A stretch of 64,000 bases of DNA from Pelagomonas calceolata (GCA_918797485.1 CAKKNE010000003.1:1426001-1490000); one strand, 5' to 3'. Numbered from the stretch's first letter, positions 20,194 to 30,531 are shown. Notes: a model not told the origin generated them from the sequence alone. Program-made: numbers and translations.

Positions 20194-22161
20194 ATGGCTC
20201 AATGCGCGGAGGAGGCCATGGACTGCGATGCCGAGTTTAAAACGGAGGGCCACCCCCTCATCGGCCGCGAGGTCATCCGCAGCGATTCGAAGGGCACCGT
20301 CGTCGGCTGGCTCTCGGCGGCGGAGTCCGACTTCGTCGACGGCGACGGCCTGCCCGCCGCGCTCTTCCACGTCGAGTACACGGAAGGCGAGCTCGCGGGC
20401 GAAGAAGAAGACTTCGAATTATATGAAGTAGAAGAGGCCTTACCGGAGACTATCGAGCGAACGGCGAAGCCCTGGAAGGTCACGGACGACAACAAGAAAA
20501 TTCTCGAGGAGTTACGCGACGGCGAGCTCAAGAAACCGGACGGCGCGCGGACGGCCACGCAGCTTGCGGCCAAGGCGGTGCGCCTGAAATTCTTCCAGAA
20601 GAAGAAGCAAGGGGCCATCCAATCGATGATCAGCAAGTGGCAGCTTGTATCCCAAGAACACAAGGACCCACGCGGGTTGCGAGTCGCCGCCCACGCGAAG
20701 CTCAAACTCGCCGAGATTGAGGCCAAGGACGTGACGGCGCGCAAGGGCGACTTCATCGTCGCGAACCATGGTTTGGATTGCAGAAGTGGGCTAGGATCGA
20801 ACAAGCACCCGCGAGACGCGGCTTTGGGCCCGGTCTACGTGAGGATCAAGAACGGCGGCAGCGCCAAAGACGTCGAGGAGGCGACCACGGAAGCGCTCCA
20901 CGCGGCCTTAGCGGTGCTGTCGTACCACGAGGCCCACGGCCGCAAGCAATTAGAGGAGCTCGAGCGCGCGAACGCGACGAGGTACGCCGCGGTCGTGAAA
21001 TACCGCGAGAAGTGGGACGACCAGACGATCCTCAAGGTCGACGACGGCTGGAGTACGTCCGACATCGATGGCGTCAGGCGCATTAAGACCGCCCCGGGCA
21101 TGCCCGACCTCCTCGAGGTCGTTGTCAAGGGCCAGCACTTCGGCAAGCAGCGCGAGGACACGGAGGAGGGCCTCAAGGAGATCAAGCGGATGGTCGAGGA
21201 GACGCAATCGGAGGAGCTGGGGCGCCGCGCCGCGAGGAAAGAGGCCGACGCCGACCTCGCTTCCGGTGTGACGACTCTGCAGCAGAAGGTCGTCGAGCAG
21301 GGCATCACCTTCGTGTCGCCCGAGCAGCAGGAAGCGTTGGGCGACGACGCGCCGGCCCCGTCCTGGAGGGTGGATGCGCCGCCGCAGCAGCAGCAGACAT
21401 TTCTCCGGGCGCAGCGGACTGGCAAAGTGGATAGAGATGTGGCGCAGTCCATAGGGGCGGCCTACGAGGCGGCGGCGGCGGCACGGCGCCTCGGACTCTG
21501 GGGCGCGCCCGATGACCGGGACATGACGGATTGGGAGGCGCACGTGCGCGCGAGCGGTCAGAAAACGCCGGCCGCCGACCGACCGACGAAGACCTGCTTC
21601 GACGAGCTGACACGCCCGACGGATCGAGACCTCACGGAGCTGTTGGATGCGCTAGGAGTCGACGCGCCGATAGTTTGTTCTGCTGCGCCGGCCAGGCCGC
21701 AGGAGCTCCTCGGGGCGGGCCGGCAAACGAAAGATAGGTCGCGCAAGCTCTTTGTTGAAGTGGAGGCGGAGCACGGCGCCGCCGTTGCCGGGGATCGGAG
21801 GGGGTTCGACTCGTTCAAGGACGCTTTGAATGCCCGCGCGCGGGAAACTGGCTTCATGAAAGAAGCCATCGAACTATTTATCGGCGCGCGCTTGACACAG
21901 CCCCAGTACGCGGCCGTGGAGGATTGCTTCTGTATCGACGTTCTTATTGACTTCGACGACGGCGGCGAAGAGAATCTCTCCATCGCCGTGCCGGAGGGCG
22001 TCGTCCTTCGGCCGACGACGTTCGCCAGCCGCTGGAAGTACGGCGCCTTCCGTCCCGAGTGGCGGCGCTACTACGGCGCGCGGCTCATTCAGATCGTCTC
22101 GCTGCGGGCCGCCTTCGCGACTGCCATGTATGCAGCGTTGCACGCGCGAGGCCTCGATTAG
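20194..22161 (+). CDS. Hypothetical protein with N-terminal Tudor/SH3-barrel-like domain
   Basis: Long ORF; 'LIGREV...GTVVGWL...LFHVEY...EEEDFELYEV' resembles Tudor-like barrels; remainder unrecognised. Confidence 0.6.
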   Translation: MAQCAEEAMDCDAEFKTEGHPLIGREVIRSDSKGTVVGWLSAAESDFVDGDGLPAALFHVEYTEGELAGEEEDFELYEVEEALPETIERTAKPWKVTDDNKKILEELRDGELKKPDGARTATQLAAKAVRLKFFQKKKQGAIQSMISKWQLVSQEHKDPRGLRVAAHAKLKLAEIEAKDVTARKGDFIVANHGLDCRSGLGSNKHPRDAALGPVYVRIKNGGSAKDVEEATTEALHAALAVLSYHEAHGRKQLEELERANATRYAAVVKYREKWDDQTILKVDDGWSTSDIDGVRRIKTAPGMPDLLEVVVKGQHFGKQREDTEEGLKEIKRMVEETQSEELGRRAARKEADADLASGVTTLQQKVVEQGITFVSPEQQEALGDDAPAPSWRVDAPPQQQQTFLRAQRTGKVDRDVAQSIGAAYEAAAAARRLGLWGAPDDRDMTDWEAHVRASGQKTPAADRPTKTCFDELTRPTDRDLTELLDALGVDAPIVCSAAPARPQELLGAGRQTKDRSRKLFVEVEAEHGAAVAGDRRGFDSFKDALNARARETGFMKEAIELFIGARLTQPQYAAVEDCFCIDVLIDFDDGGEENLSIAVPEGVVLRPTTFASRWKYGAFRPEWRRYYGARLIQIVSLRAAFATAMYAALHARGLD

Positions 22162-22533
22162 CTGCCAGCGCAGCCGTCGCCGCGTCGCGTTCTCCGTTCT
22201 AAGAAGTGTGCGTTTATGACTCTATACTCGAGGGAGGGAGGGCGGCGGAGCAATCGGCCGGGCACCACCTTCGAGCACCACCTCGCTCGTCCGCCGCTCG
22301 CCGCCGGCCGCGGGTAGAAGATGCGAAGGGCCTAACAACGCAGGTAGGAAACGACGAGCAAGCGGTCGGGGGGCGACTGCGGCCGCTGCTAGTGAATCTC
22401 GGATGAAGATTTCGAAACCCGTTTTGCCTGTGCCACTTTTCGGTTTTGACAGCTGCTGGTAAAACGAACGTAAACCCAACAACCCAGCAACCCCACTCTA
22501 GAATTGATAACGGACTTGGGCGCACAGATGCTT

Positions 22534-22767
22534 CTAGGCAGACGCCGCGCCCGCGAGGCGGGCACTCGGCTCGTGCACCCACTCTCCCAAAAGCACCGCT
22601 ATTGCCAGTACGCCTATGTCGGCCGTGAGGCGCACGATCAGAGGGCTGCCCTTACCCTTGGCCTTCGAGCCCGCGGTGACGGAGTCACCGAAGCAGGCGA
22701 CCTTGACGGCCGCGGCCCGCACGCCTTGCGCCGCGAGGCATGCGAAGAGGATCGAGCGCAGATTCAT
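22534..22767 (-). pseudogene. Truncated SGNH/GDSL hydrolase N-terminus (pseudogene or unresolved multi-exon gene)
   Basis: Signal peptide followed by 'VKVACFGDSVTAG' block I; no later SGNH blocks found before the stop. Confidence 0.45.
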
Positions 22768-22984
22768 GGTTACCGCGAGTCCGCCACCGCGCGTTCGCGC
22801 GCTGGAAATTTGTGGAGTCACTGTTTGAGGTCTCTTGCCCGGCGCTTCAGACCGATGTCGCGCAAGGGGAGGGGCCAGGCGAGAACTGAGAGGTTTGGAG
22901 AGAGTAGCGGCGGGCCCGTAGCGCCGGCGCGGGCCTCACGCTCCAATATATCTAGGTGCGTAAAACCGGTTTTACCTTGTAAAC

Positions 22985-23007
22985 GCTAGTGTCTTACAGG
23001 CCGCTAG
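22985..23007 (+). promoter_or_regulatory. Recurrent CTAG-bounded intergenic motif
   Basis: GCTAGTGTCTTACAGGCCGCTAG, identical to the copy at 30508; ~220 bp upstream of the SGNH start. Confidence 0.55.
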
Positions 23008-23088
23008 TCTGGACGGGATCGCGCGATCAGCTCGCACCCGCCCCGTCGCGGACCGAGTAAACACGTTACTACCCACGACATGAGATGA

Positions 23089-24498
23089 TTACTTCCGCGC
23101 CGCCAGCACCCCGACCGCCACCCCCAACGCCGCCGCGAGGGCGACCGTCGTGGACGAGTGCCGCGCCCGCCCGACCACGGACGGCGGCGTCGAGGCGACG
23201 GGCGACGGCACGTACTTCGAGGCCACGGCGGCCGCCGTCGGCGGGTAGTAGCCCAGCTCCTTCTCGAGGTCCGCGTACGCGTTCACGCCGCAGTCGTCGA
23301 TGTAGAACTGGGCCCAGGGCTTGCCGAAGTGGAGCTCGTCGTACTCAATCCCCGCATCCTGCAGCGATTGGATCGTCACGGCGCCGACGTCGGCCACGAC
23401 CGCGCCCACGTTCGCGCCGTGCGTGCGCATGCGCCGCGCCGTGTGTAATATGATATGGTGGCCCATTGTTTTCAGGTGGCGGCACATGCGGACGGCTCTC
23501 GGGATCGGTCTACAAGTAGAATAGTCGCCCGACACCTCGGGCGGCCCGAAGAGCGTATTGTCCAGGTCGAAGCAAACTCGATACGCCGTGGGCTTCGGCC
23601 ATGTGCGGCAGAAGTCCTTGAGCTGCGCCGGCGTGCCCAAGACGTGCATGGCCTCCTTGTCCAACACCAAAGCTTCGAAGCGCTCCCCATCATCGAGCAT
23701 GGCCTTGATGACGCCCGACGTGTAGAACTCGCCCTTCATGTCCTGAGAAAGTTGCGTCTCGCCCCGCTCGATGATCTGGGCGCAGTACTTGAGTAACTGC
23801 TGCCCGTCCCTAAAACAGTAGCAGCCCGTGTTCGCCCAGTCGCTGATCTTGACCTTTTCTTTGATGGACGTGATCTGCTTGCCGTCGGCGCCCACCCTGT
23901 GTGTGATACGCGGTCGCGGCGAAGGCTTGCTCCTCGTCACGCGGTCGCGGCGATGGCGTCGTGGCGGGCGTACGTCCACCCCACCAGCACGCCATCGCCG
24001 CGACGCATCAATCGAAGCGATGGTTCGGACGCCGCGTACGCACGTGACGTAGGAGTAAATGGGCTTGGGCTGCGTGTCCCGGAAGCAGAAGGAGCCTCCA
24101 GCTTTGGTGGAGATGGCCCGGTACATGCTGACAATATCAACAGTGTAGAACGCGTCGCCGTCGACGAGCATCGTCGGCCGCGATCGCTGTGACGCACTTA
24201 AGCCCTCGAGCCCGATCCGCACCGTCTCGGCCGCGCCGCGCGTCGGACCCGGGAGCTCGACGAGGATCGTGCCCGGCACGTGCTGCACGACCATCTCCAT
24301 CAATTCCCTCATGTCGAGGAACGCCGGATTGTATACGACCACCAGCGAGTCCTCCTTCCTTAGCTTCAGCGAGTCGACGACCCACAGGATCATCTCCTTG
24401 CCGAGCACTCTAACAAAGGGCTTGGGGTACTTGTAGCCCTCCTTCTGGAAGCGGCTGCCGATGCCGCCGAGCGGGACCATGACGTTCATGCCTGGCAT
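23089..24498 (-). CDS. Sugar-nucleotidyltransferase-like domain fused to a HAD (capsule-biosynthesis-type) phosphatase, with C-terminal TM; exons 24498-24044 and 23896-23089
   Basis: 'VPLGGIGSRFQKEGYKYPKP', 'IKEKVKISDWANTGCYCF' and 'GEFY'; HAD 'CFDLDNTL', 'HTARRM' and 'YDELHFGKPWAQFYIDD'. Confidence 0.85.
   Translation of the reverse strand: MPGMNVMVPLGGIGSRFQKEGYKYPKPFVRVLGKEMILWVVDSLKLRKEDSLVVVYNPAFLDMRELMEMVVQHVPGTILVELPGPTRGAAETVRIGLEGLSASQRSRPTMLVDGDAFYTVDIVSMYRAISTKAGGSFCFRDTQPKPIYSYVTCVRGVRTIASIDASRRWRAGGVDVRPPRRHRRDRVTRSKPSPRPRITHRVGADGKQITSIKEKVKISDWANTGCYCFRDGQQLLKYCAQIIERGETQLSQDMKGEFYTSGVIKAMLDDGERFEALVLDKEAMHVLGTPAQLKDFCRTWPKPTAYRVCFDLDNTLFGPPEVSGDYSTCRPIPRAVRMCRHLKTMGHHIILHTARRMRTHGANVGAVVADVGAVTIQSLQDAGIEYDELHFGKPWAQFYIDDCGVNAYADLEKELGYYPPTAAAVASKYVPSPVASTPPSVVGRARHSSTTVALAAALGVAVGVLAARK
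23897..24043 (-). mobile_element. Introner-derived intron (147 bp, GT-AG, in frame)
   Basis: Contains CGATGGCGT/ACGCCATCG cores, ends ATCACACACAG; removal gives YSYVT|VGADGKQITSIKEK. Confidence 0.75.
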
Positions 24499-24649
24499 GG
24501 TTGTTTTTTGCTTGTAGCGGCGACGGCGTGCAATGTGAGCTGGTAGCGGCGACGGCGCGCAGTGTTGTGCGCAAGCTATGAGCACCGCAACGATGCAGCT
24601 GCAGAGGTCTGCGCAAAAACTGCGCAAAAATTGGCCGAGCAAAACCGCA

Positions 24650-24671
24650 GCTAGCGGCAGTAAGACACTAG
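24650..24671 (-). promoter_or_regulatory. Recurrent CTAG-bounded intergenic motif
   Basis: GCTAGCGGCAGTAAGACACTAG, near the middle of the gap between divergent starts 24498 and 24881. Confidence 0.55.
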
Positions 24672-24880
24672 AAAGCTTGCCAAGCCTGGTTTTGGGGCGC
24701 TTGCTGCTCTGCGCGGGGCTATTCGAGCCTCTGCGTAGTCCAACTCTGTCATCAAAGGTGAACTGACGAACCTCTGCCACTTCGCTGGCCGCGCCAAGGC
24801 ACCGCAGCCTCGCAGTGGCACCAAGCCACATTTGGCCACAAAGCGCCGGCGAAGAGGGCCGCTAGTCTCAAAAAACAAGA

Positions 24881-25789
24881 ATGACCACCACCCGCGGCGG
24901 CGGCGAGATCGGCCTCCGGTCCTGCGCCGAGGCGACGGTCATCGAGGACTTGCTCGAGGTCATCACGCCCGTGAGCGGCCTCGTCAAGCGGAACCTGGAT
25001 TTAATAAGACAGCTCGGCGCGACGGCGACGTCGGAGCTCGAGGCCGTCGAGAAGGAGGAGGCCAAGGTCGAGAAGGACGTCATCGAGGAGCTCGACAAGC
25101 GCGCGGCGGCCGCGAAGCCCGCGAAGAAATTGGAAGAGGTCATCGGCGACAAAAAAGACTTTGAAGAGAGAGCCGAGAAACGAAGAAGGTGCGACGGCTT
25201 GTTCGAGGAGGCCATCGAGGTCGCGCGGCAGACGGAGGTCGCCGTGGCTCGCCACATCGACCACATCGACGGCGAGCTCGCGAATTTGAGCCAGCATCTG
25301 CACGCGACGGGCGAGTTCGAGAACGCCGGCGCGGCGCGGCCGGGCGACGAGGTCGCGGTGCGGCTCGACGACTACGACAAAGAGGCGTGGGTTTTGGGTA
25401 GGGTCGTGCGCTATCGATCTGATGAAGATCTGTACGAGGTCGCCGACGCCGACGACGATAGGAAAGTTTTCGAGCTCGGCGCGACACGAGTCATTCCCCT
25501 GACAGATACCGGTCGCGGCGTGCCACCGGCCCACGTGCTCTGCGGGGCGCAGTCCTGCCTCGTGGACGCGCACGACGAGGCGAACCGGCTCCAGAAGGGC
25601 GACGAGGTCTTCGGCATCTACCCGGACACTACCAGTTTCTACCAGTGCGTCGTGACCATCCCGGCGCGGCGTTCGGGCTCGCAGGGCGGCACGTGCCACT
25701 GCCAGTTCCAGGACGACGCGGATGAGACTGGTATTACGCCCGACCGGCCCGTGCCGCTGAAGTACGTGCTCCGGCGGACCGACGGCTAG
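24881..25789 (+). CDS. SGF29: SAGA-associated factor 29 (tandem Tudor)
   Basis: N-terminal coiled coil and tandem Tudor 'GDEVAV...WVLGRVV...YEVADAD' / 'VFGIYPDTTSFY...QFQDD'. Confidence 0.85.
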   Translation: MTTTRGGGEIGLRSCAEATVIEDLLEVITPVSGLVKRNLDLIRQLGATATSELEAVEKEEAKVEKDVIEELDKRAAAAKPAKKLEEVIGDKKDFEERAEKRRRCDGLFEEAIEVARQTEVAVARHIDHIDGELANLSQHLHATGEFENAGAARPGDEVAVRLDDYDKEAWVLGRVVRYRSDEDLYEVADADDDRKVFELGATRVIPLTDTGRGVPPAHVLCGAQSCLVDAHDEANRLQKGDEVFGIYPDTTSFYQCVVTIPARRSGSQGGTCHCQFQDDADETGITPDRPVPLKYVLRRTDG

Positions 25790-25843
25790 GTGGTGGAGTA
25801 AGACTCGAGTTTAGGCTTCGCGTCGTCGACGGCGTCCATGGCT

Positions 25844-27574
25844 CTAGGCGGCGAGCGAGCGCGCCTCGTTGGCGAGGATCCGCGCGACGAAGGCCGCGAA
25901 CTCGACCGGCCACCACGCCGCGTCGCGCGAACGGTAGCCGGCCCCGGGCGCGGGGCGGACCGATATGTGCTTGGCGCAACCACAGGGCTTGTCCGGCGTG
26001 CAGTAGAATATGTCGTCCTTGAACATGCCGATGAGCACGCGCGAGTTCGTCCAGAGGTGCGTGGGCTTTCGCACGCGCTCGGGGCCGACCGTGAACGAGC
26101 AGAACGTCACCCGCAGGCGCGTGAGGCCCAGCTCCATCTCCATGCGCCGCGCGAATTCAGTGTGCTGCATATATGCAGCAGGGTTTTCGACGAGAAAGAT
26201 CGTCTTCGAATTCGCGCGCTTGGCCGAGCGGAACATGGCGAGGAGGTGCTCGGCCTCGCGGTTGGCCTGCAACGCCTGGGGAGAAAACCCCTCCGGTTGC
26301 TCGAGCGAGCGGTGCGCGCCGCCCTGGAGGTACGTGTACGTTCCGCACTCCACGCCCGCGACGACGACATTTGCGCGGTCGCAGAAGGTCCTCGGCAGGT
26401 TCAAAACGTCGTCGACGACGTCGACTTGGCAGCGCGGATCTACGTCGACGGTCGTGGTCGCGAAGCCAATGTCCCTCAACCAGGCCGAGGTTTCTCCTGA
26501 TCCGGCGTAGAGTTCGACGCTCGCCATCACTTGTCTTTTCGGGGGCGGCTTGGGCTTGCGCGGCGCGCGCTCGCCGTAGGGGGATGCCGCGAGGAACTCG
26601 GGGTCGATCTTGTCGGGTGCTTTGCGCTTCCGGCCTTCGCCCGAAGCCTTCAGACGTTCTATCTTCTCCAGCGCCGCGCGAGAGGGCCGGTCGACGTTCA
26701 GGGTGATCGAGGGCGGAAGCGCCCGCGCGACGGTGGACGCCCACATGTGGTGGTCCGACGCGTCGTCGAAGACGATGTGGAGGTCTTCGCCGTCGCAGTA
26801 CAAGGTGCTCTCCACGATCGTCCCGCCCCACCAGACCTGGGCCTCTCCATCAAAGGCCGCGAACACGCGGTCGCCGACGGCCAGGCCGGAGCCGTCGTTG
26901 GCGGAATTGATCTCGAACGCGTCCATGGCCGGCGCCGTCGCTCGGCGCGGCGTCGCTGCAACAGGAGTCACGGGCGGTGGTAACGCGACCGGCGCTTCAC
27001 CGGCGTAGACTGAGCGGCGGCGGCGCGCTAACGGCTGGACGCGGTCCAACGGCACGTCAAACTCTTCGTCGCTGTCCGTATATCTGAGGTCGACGGCGCC
27101 CTCGCGCGCGGCCACGACGAGCGCCGGGTAGAAGCGTGCACCGCCGTTCCACAGGGCTTCCACGGACGTGCCGACCGGATACGGCTGCGGCGCCTCCTCG
27201 ACGACGAGCGTGAGGTGCTGCGCCTCCGTCGCATAGACCTTACCGTCCGCGTACTTGACGTTCCAGTAATCGTCATTCACCGTCGCGGCCACAATCGTGC
27301 CTCGGAACTTTTGCGGGCCGCTGCCGTTTCTCGCTTGTTCGACGTAGGTCTCGCCGAACGCGACGGCCGCCGCGTCGACGACGGCGCCGACGCGTAGTAA
27401 CGGTGCCCCGTCCTCCTGGTTCACGGCCTCGTCGGCCGGGCCGCCGTCGTCGTCCTCGCGTTGCAAGACCGTACCGCCCGAGCGCGTGCGTACCGGGCCG
27501 TCGATGATTGTGCACGGCGCCGAGTCGCCGGCGCCCGAGCCTAGGAAGTCTTGCAAGCTCCTGGGGATGTCCAT
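25844..27574 (-). CDS. Divergent C5-cytosine DNA methyltransferase with ~3 N-terminal Tudor/Agenet-like domains
   Basis: Motif I 'VELYAGSG', motif IV 'VAGVECGTY', motif VI 'LVENP', and 'VTFCSF...RKPTHLWTN'; Tudor-like 'VGTSVEALWNGGARFYPALV...LRYTDSDEE'. Confidence 0.78.
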   Translation of the reverse strand: MDIPRSLQDFLGSGAGDSAPCTIIDGPVRTRSGGTVLQREDDDGGPADEAVNQEDGAPLLRVGAVVDAAAVAFGETYVEQARNGSGPQKFRGTIVAATVNDDYWNVKYADGKVYATEAQHLTLVVEEAPQPYPVGTSVEALWNGGARFYPALVVAAREGAVDLRYTDSDEEFDVPLDRVQPLARRRRSVYAGEAPVALPPPVTPVAATPRRATAPAMDAFEINSANDGSGLAVGDRVFAAFDGEAQVWWGGTIVESTLYCDGEDLHIVFDDASDHHMWASTVARALPPSITLNVDRPSRAALEKIERLKASGEGRKRKAPDKIDPEFLAASPYGERAPRKPKPPPKRQVMASVELYAGSGETSAWLRDIGFATTTVDVDPRCQVDVVDDVLNLPRTFCDRANVVVAGVECGTYTYLQGGAHRSLEQPEGFSPQALQANREAEHLLAMFRSAKRANSKTIFLVENPAAYMQHTEFARRMEMELGLTRLRVTFCSFTVGPERVRKPTHLWTNSRVLIGMFKDDIFYCTPDKPCGCAKHISVRPAPGAGYRSRDAAWWPVEFAAFVARILANEARSLAA

Positions 27575-27846
27575 CGCAGGGGTTAGTCTAGCGTCCGTGA
27601 CCGCTTAGCTTCTCTCAAAAACCCCTCTTGAAAACAATTTTGATGTTGCAGCAGATGGCTTTAAAAAAGCTCCGAGCTTTCGCAACAGCGAGTTGAGACA
27701 GGAAATGATTGATCCGTGAGTTATCCCCAAACTGTACGCACGGTGGCGGGCTTCAGTGGAGAGCACAAAGGCTTGAAAAACCCGCCGCTAATGCCTCCGG
27801 TTAACAGACACAATGTTCTTACACCACCGGGTCGACGAAGACGGCG

Positions 27847-30333
27847 TCAACGGAGCCGCTCCGCCAAACTCCGCTGCGTCGACCGCGCCAAAGACCCCTG
27901 CGTCGTGCTCCCGCTCCCAAAGCGGCACGACGTCAGCTTGTAGCCCCAGTTGCCCTCGTCGTCGCGCTGGTGCATGAGGTAGCTTTGATCCCGTAACACG
28001 TCCACGAGCTCGTCGACCGCGCCCCCGACGCCGCCGCGGCGCGCGACCTCCATGATGTCGTCCAATCGAAACCACGGCGACCGTAGTCTCTCAGACTCGG
28101 CGTGGAGGAGATCCCTCAACTTCTTCACGGCTTTTGCGGCGGACATGCCCGACGTCTGGCGACTAAAGTCCACATTCCCGTCCGCCCCCGTGCAGGCGTC
28201 CCGCACGGAATCCTTCATGAGCGCGACGACGTCCCGGGCGTCGTCCTCCGTCACGACGGACCGGTTCTCGATCTTTGCCCTAGCTTGCGCCAAGCGCACC
28301 AGGGACTCCAATTGGCGAGTGGTAATCGGCATGGCGCGGCCCGGAGCAGCTAAAGACGCCTCCCTCCTTAATTCCAGGTAGGTCTTCTGCAATAAAACAG
28401 CGGCCTTCGTGTCCAGGCGCGGGTGGCACCGTCTCCTGACATACGAGCAGTACGTCCGCAACTCGCGCGTGGACAAGACCTCGTCCAGGGCGTTCGCACC
28501 TTCTCGCAATTTCGCTTCGAGGGTCTTGGCATCGGACGTGGGCATGCTCGAGCCAGGCGAGCAGCCCGACGACCTACGTTTACGAAAAGATGGCCGCGGG
28601 CCCGCGTTCTTGCCCCGATGCGCGTCCAACACGTGTCTGGATAAGAGTTCATCGCGCCCTTCGTCCGGGTCGTCGACCAACAAAAACACCAAGTCAAATC
28701 TCGACAGCAAGGGCGCCGACAGCCGCACGTTCTCCGCGACCGTGCGCGCGCGATCGTAACTCCCGCCCGCCGGGTTCGCCGCGGCGAGGATCGCCGTCCG
28801 CGCTTGGAGCGTCGCGACGACGCCGGCCTTCGCTATCGAAATCTGCTGCTGCTCCATGGCCTCCAGCAGACCCGCATGTTGCCCGCTATCCATCTTGTCG
28901 AACTCGTCGATGCAGCACGCGCCCCGATCGCCCAGGACCACCGCCCCGGCCTCTAACGCGGGTGCGCCGGACTTGCCTTCCCTTGTGAGTGAGACGGTCA
29001 AGCCTGTTGTTGTAGTAGTGTTCCCGCACACATAAACGGCGCGCGGCGCGACGGCTGCCGCGGCTCTTAACATCTGCGACTTGCCTAATCCAGGGTCGCC
29101 GACCACCAACACGTGGGAGTTACATCTTACCTGGATGCTCTCCTTTGCAGCATCGTTTTCTCTTCGTCTTTTCGCCGAGCCGTCGGCGTCCGCGTCGTCG
29201 GACACTGCTGCTCGCTCGTCCGTGCCGCCGAACAGCCCTAGCAATAATCCTAACTTGACTAACTCGTGGCCGTAGATGCGCGGCGCGAACGACGCCACGA
29301 TCAACGAGAGGGGGTCTTCGTGCCGACAAACGCCCTCGACCAATGCCCTTTCCTCTTGGTCGTCCTCCTCCTCTTGGCAGTCGTACTCGCTCTTTTGTTG
29401 GGAGGAGCCGGCCTCCGCTTCTCTCGAAGCATTGACGATGGAATTGGCAGCCAGATACATGACGGACGTAGCTTGCTGTAGAGCTCTCCTATCCTTCCGG
29501 CCCGCCGCGACGGCCGCGTTGACCACTCTCACTATTCCAGCCACGACAACAACGTCCCCGGGAGCGCATTTGTCCACCAAGCCAGTCCCGACGCACTCGA
29601 CATCTAATGAACGAGGTATTCTACCAGCATCATCATCGAGCGTCTTCGCATCATCTAACTGCTGCTGGACCCTTATCTTCTGGACGTCTACTGTTTTGGC
29701 GGTGTCTCTTAATAAATCAAATTTCCGCGACTTACAATCGCCACCATCACAACGACTGGGTGCGCGGTACTCGCCCCGCCTGAATCTCATTCGCATCGCG
29801 AACTGCGGATCCGACGCCCCGAGGAAGCACTGAGCACAAGAGAAGGACGCTTCCGTCACGAGGGGTTTTACCGGACCGACACGTGTGACCGTGGCTCTGA
29901 TGGACACTAATCTATCCACGACATCTGAACGTAAAGCCGCTAAGGGCGTTTCCGGCGTGGCGTTCCGCAACCTCAAAATTGTCGGAGGCGGCCGCTTCTG
30001 CTCCCTCGGTAGAAACTCCTTGAGCACCAGATCGGCCGCCACGCCCAACTGCCGCAGCACCTTATCCGGTGTGTTTGCGAGACATGGTCCGATGTCGCCG
30101 ACTAGTTCGCCGAGGACTTCCACGAATCGCGCGTATTCCACGATCAGGTCGCCGCCCGTGTGATCCCTCAGGAATTCGGCACCGGCATCCTGAAACCACG
30201 GCTCGAAGTACAGGTTGACGATCTCGGCGTCGCTGTCGAGGCAGGGGATCGCGTCGCCGCGCTCGAAGCGGTCCCACTCGCAGCGTACTCGGAGCACCTC
30301 GGGGCTGTCGATGGCGTGCGGCTGCGTGGTCAT
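27847..30333 (-). CDS. MCM8: MCM8 helicase
   Basis: Zn finger, 'IYGHELVKLGLLLGLFGG', Walker A 'GDPGLGKSQ', 'VYVCGNTTTTTGLTV', 'CCIDEFDKM', 'SRFDL' and 'ITTRQLESLVRL'. Confidence 0.92.
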   Translation of the reverse strand: MTTQPHAIDSPEVLRVRCEWDRFERGDAIPCLDSDAEIVNLYFEPWFQDAGAEFLRDHTGGDLIVEYARFVEVLGELVGDIGPCLANTPDKVLRQLGVAADLVLKEFLPREQKRPPPTILRLRNATPETPLAALRSDVVDRLVSIRATVTRVGPVKPLVTEASFSCAQCFLGASDPQFAMRMRFRRGEYRAPSRCDGGDCKSRKFDLLRDTAKTVDVQKIRVQQQLDDAKTLDDDAGRIPRSLDVECVGTGLVDKCAPGDVVVVAGIVRVVNAAVAAGRKDRRALQQATSVMYLAANSIVNASREAEAGSSQQKSEYDCQEEEDDQEERALVEGVCRHEDPLSLIVASFAPRIYGHELVKLGLLLGLFGGTDERAAVSDDADADGSAKRRRENDAAKESIQVRCNSHVLVVGDPGLGKSQMLRAAAAVAPRAVYVCGNTTTTTGLTVSLTREGKSGAPALEAGAVVLGDRGACCIDEFDKMDSGQHAGLLEAMEQQQISIAKAGVVATLQARTAILAAANPAGGSYDRARTVAENVRLSAPLLSRFDLVFLLVDDPDEGRDELLSRHVLDAHRGKNAGPRPSFRKRRSSGCSPGSSMPTSDAKTLEAKLREGANALDEVLSTRELRTYCSYVRRRCHPRLDTKAAVLLQKTYLELRREASLAAPGRAMPITTRQLESLVRLAQARAKIENRSVVTEDDARDVVALMKDSVRDACTGADGNVDFSRQTSGMSAAKAVKKLRDLLHAESERLRSPWFRLDDIMEVARRGGVGGAVDELVDVLRDQSYLMHQRDDEGNWGYKLTSCRFGSGSTTQGSLARSTQRSLAERLR

Positions 30334-30507
30334 TGTCGCGGCGGTGGCGCGCGGACCGTCTGGCAAGAATGGTCCTGAGCGGAGGTCGTCGCTAACGCTT
30401 TTTTTCGGCGCGGAACGCCAAGCGCAGAAGTTCTGAGCAGCGATGAGCCGCCTTACGCTGCGATATCGACGCCTATGGGCTTTTGCGCGCGCGCGGCTTT
30501 TGAGCTT

Positions 30508-30531
30508 GCTAGTGTCTTACAGGCCGCTAGC
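30508..30531 (+). promoter_or_regulatory. Recurrent CTAG-bounded intergenic motif
   Basis: GCTAGTGTCTTACAGGCCGCTAGC between divergent starts 30333 and 30736. Confidence 0.55.

Noticed and set aside
30306..30318. Introner core motif at the MCM8 5' end
   Set aside because: Single short match inside an open frame with no TIR, TSD or splice signals; likely chance
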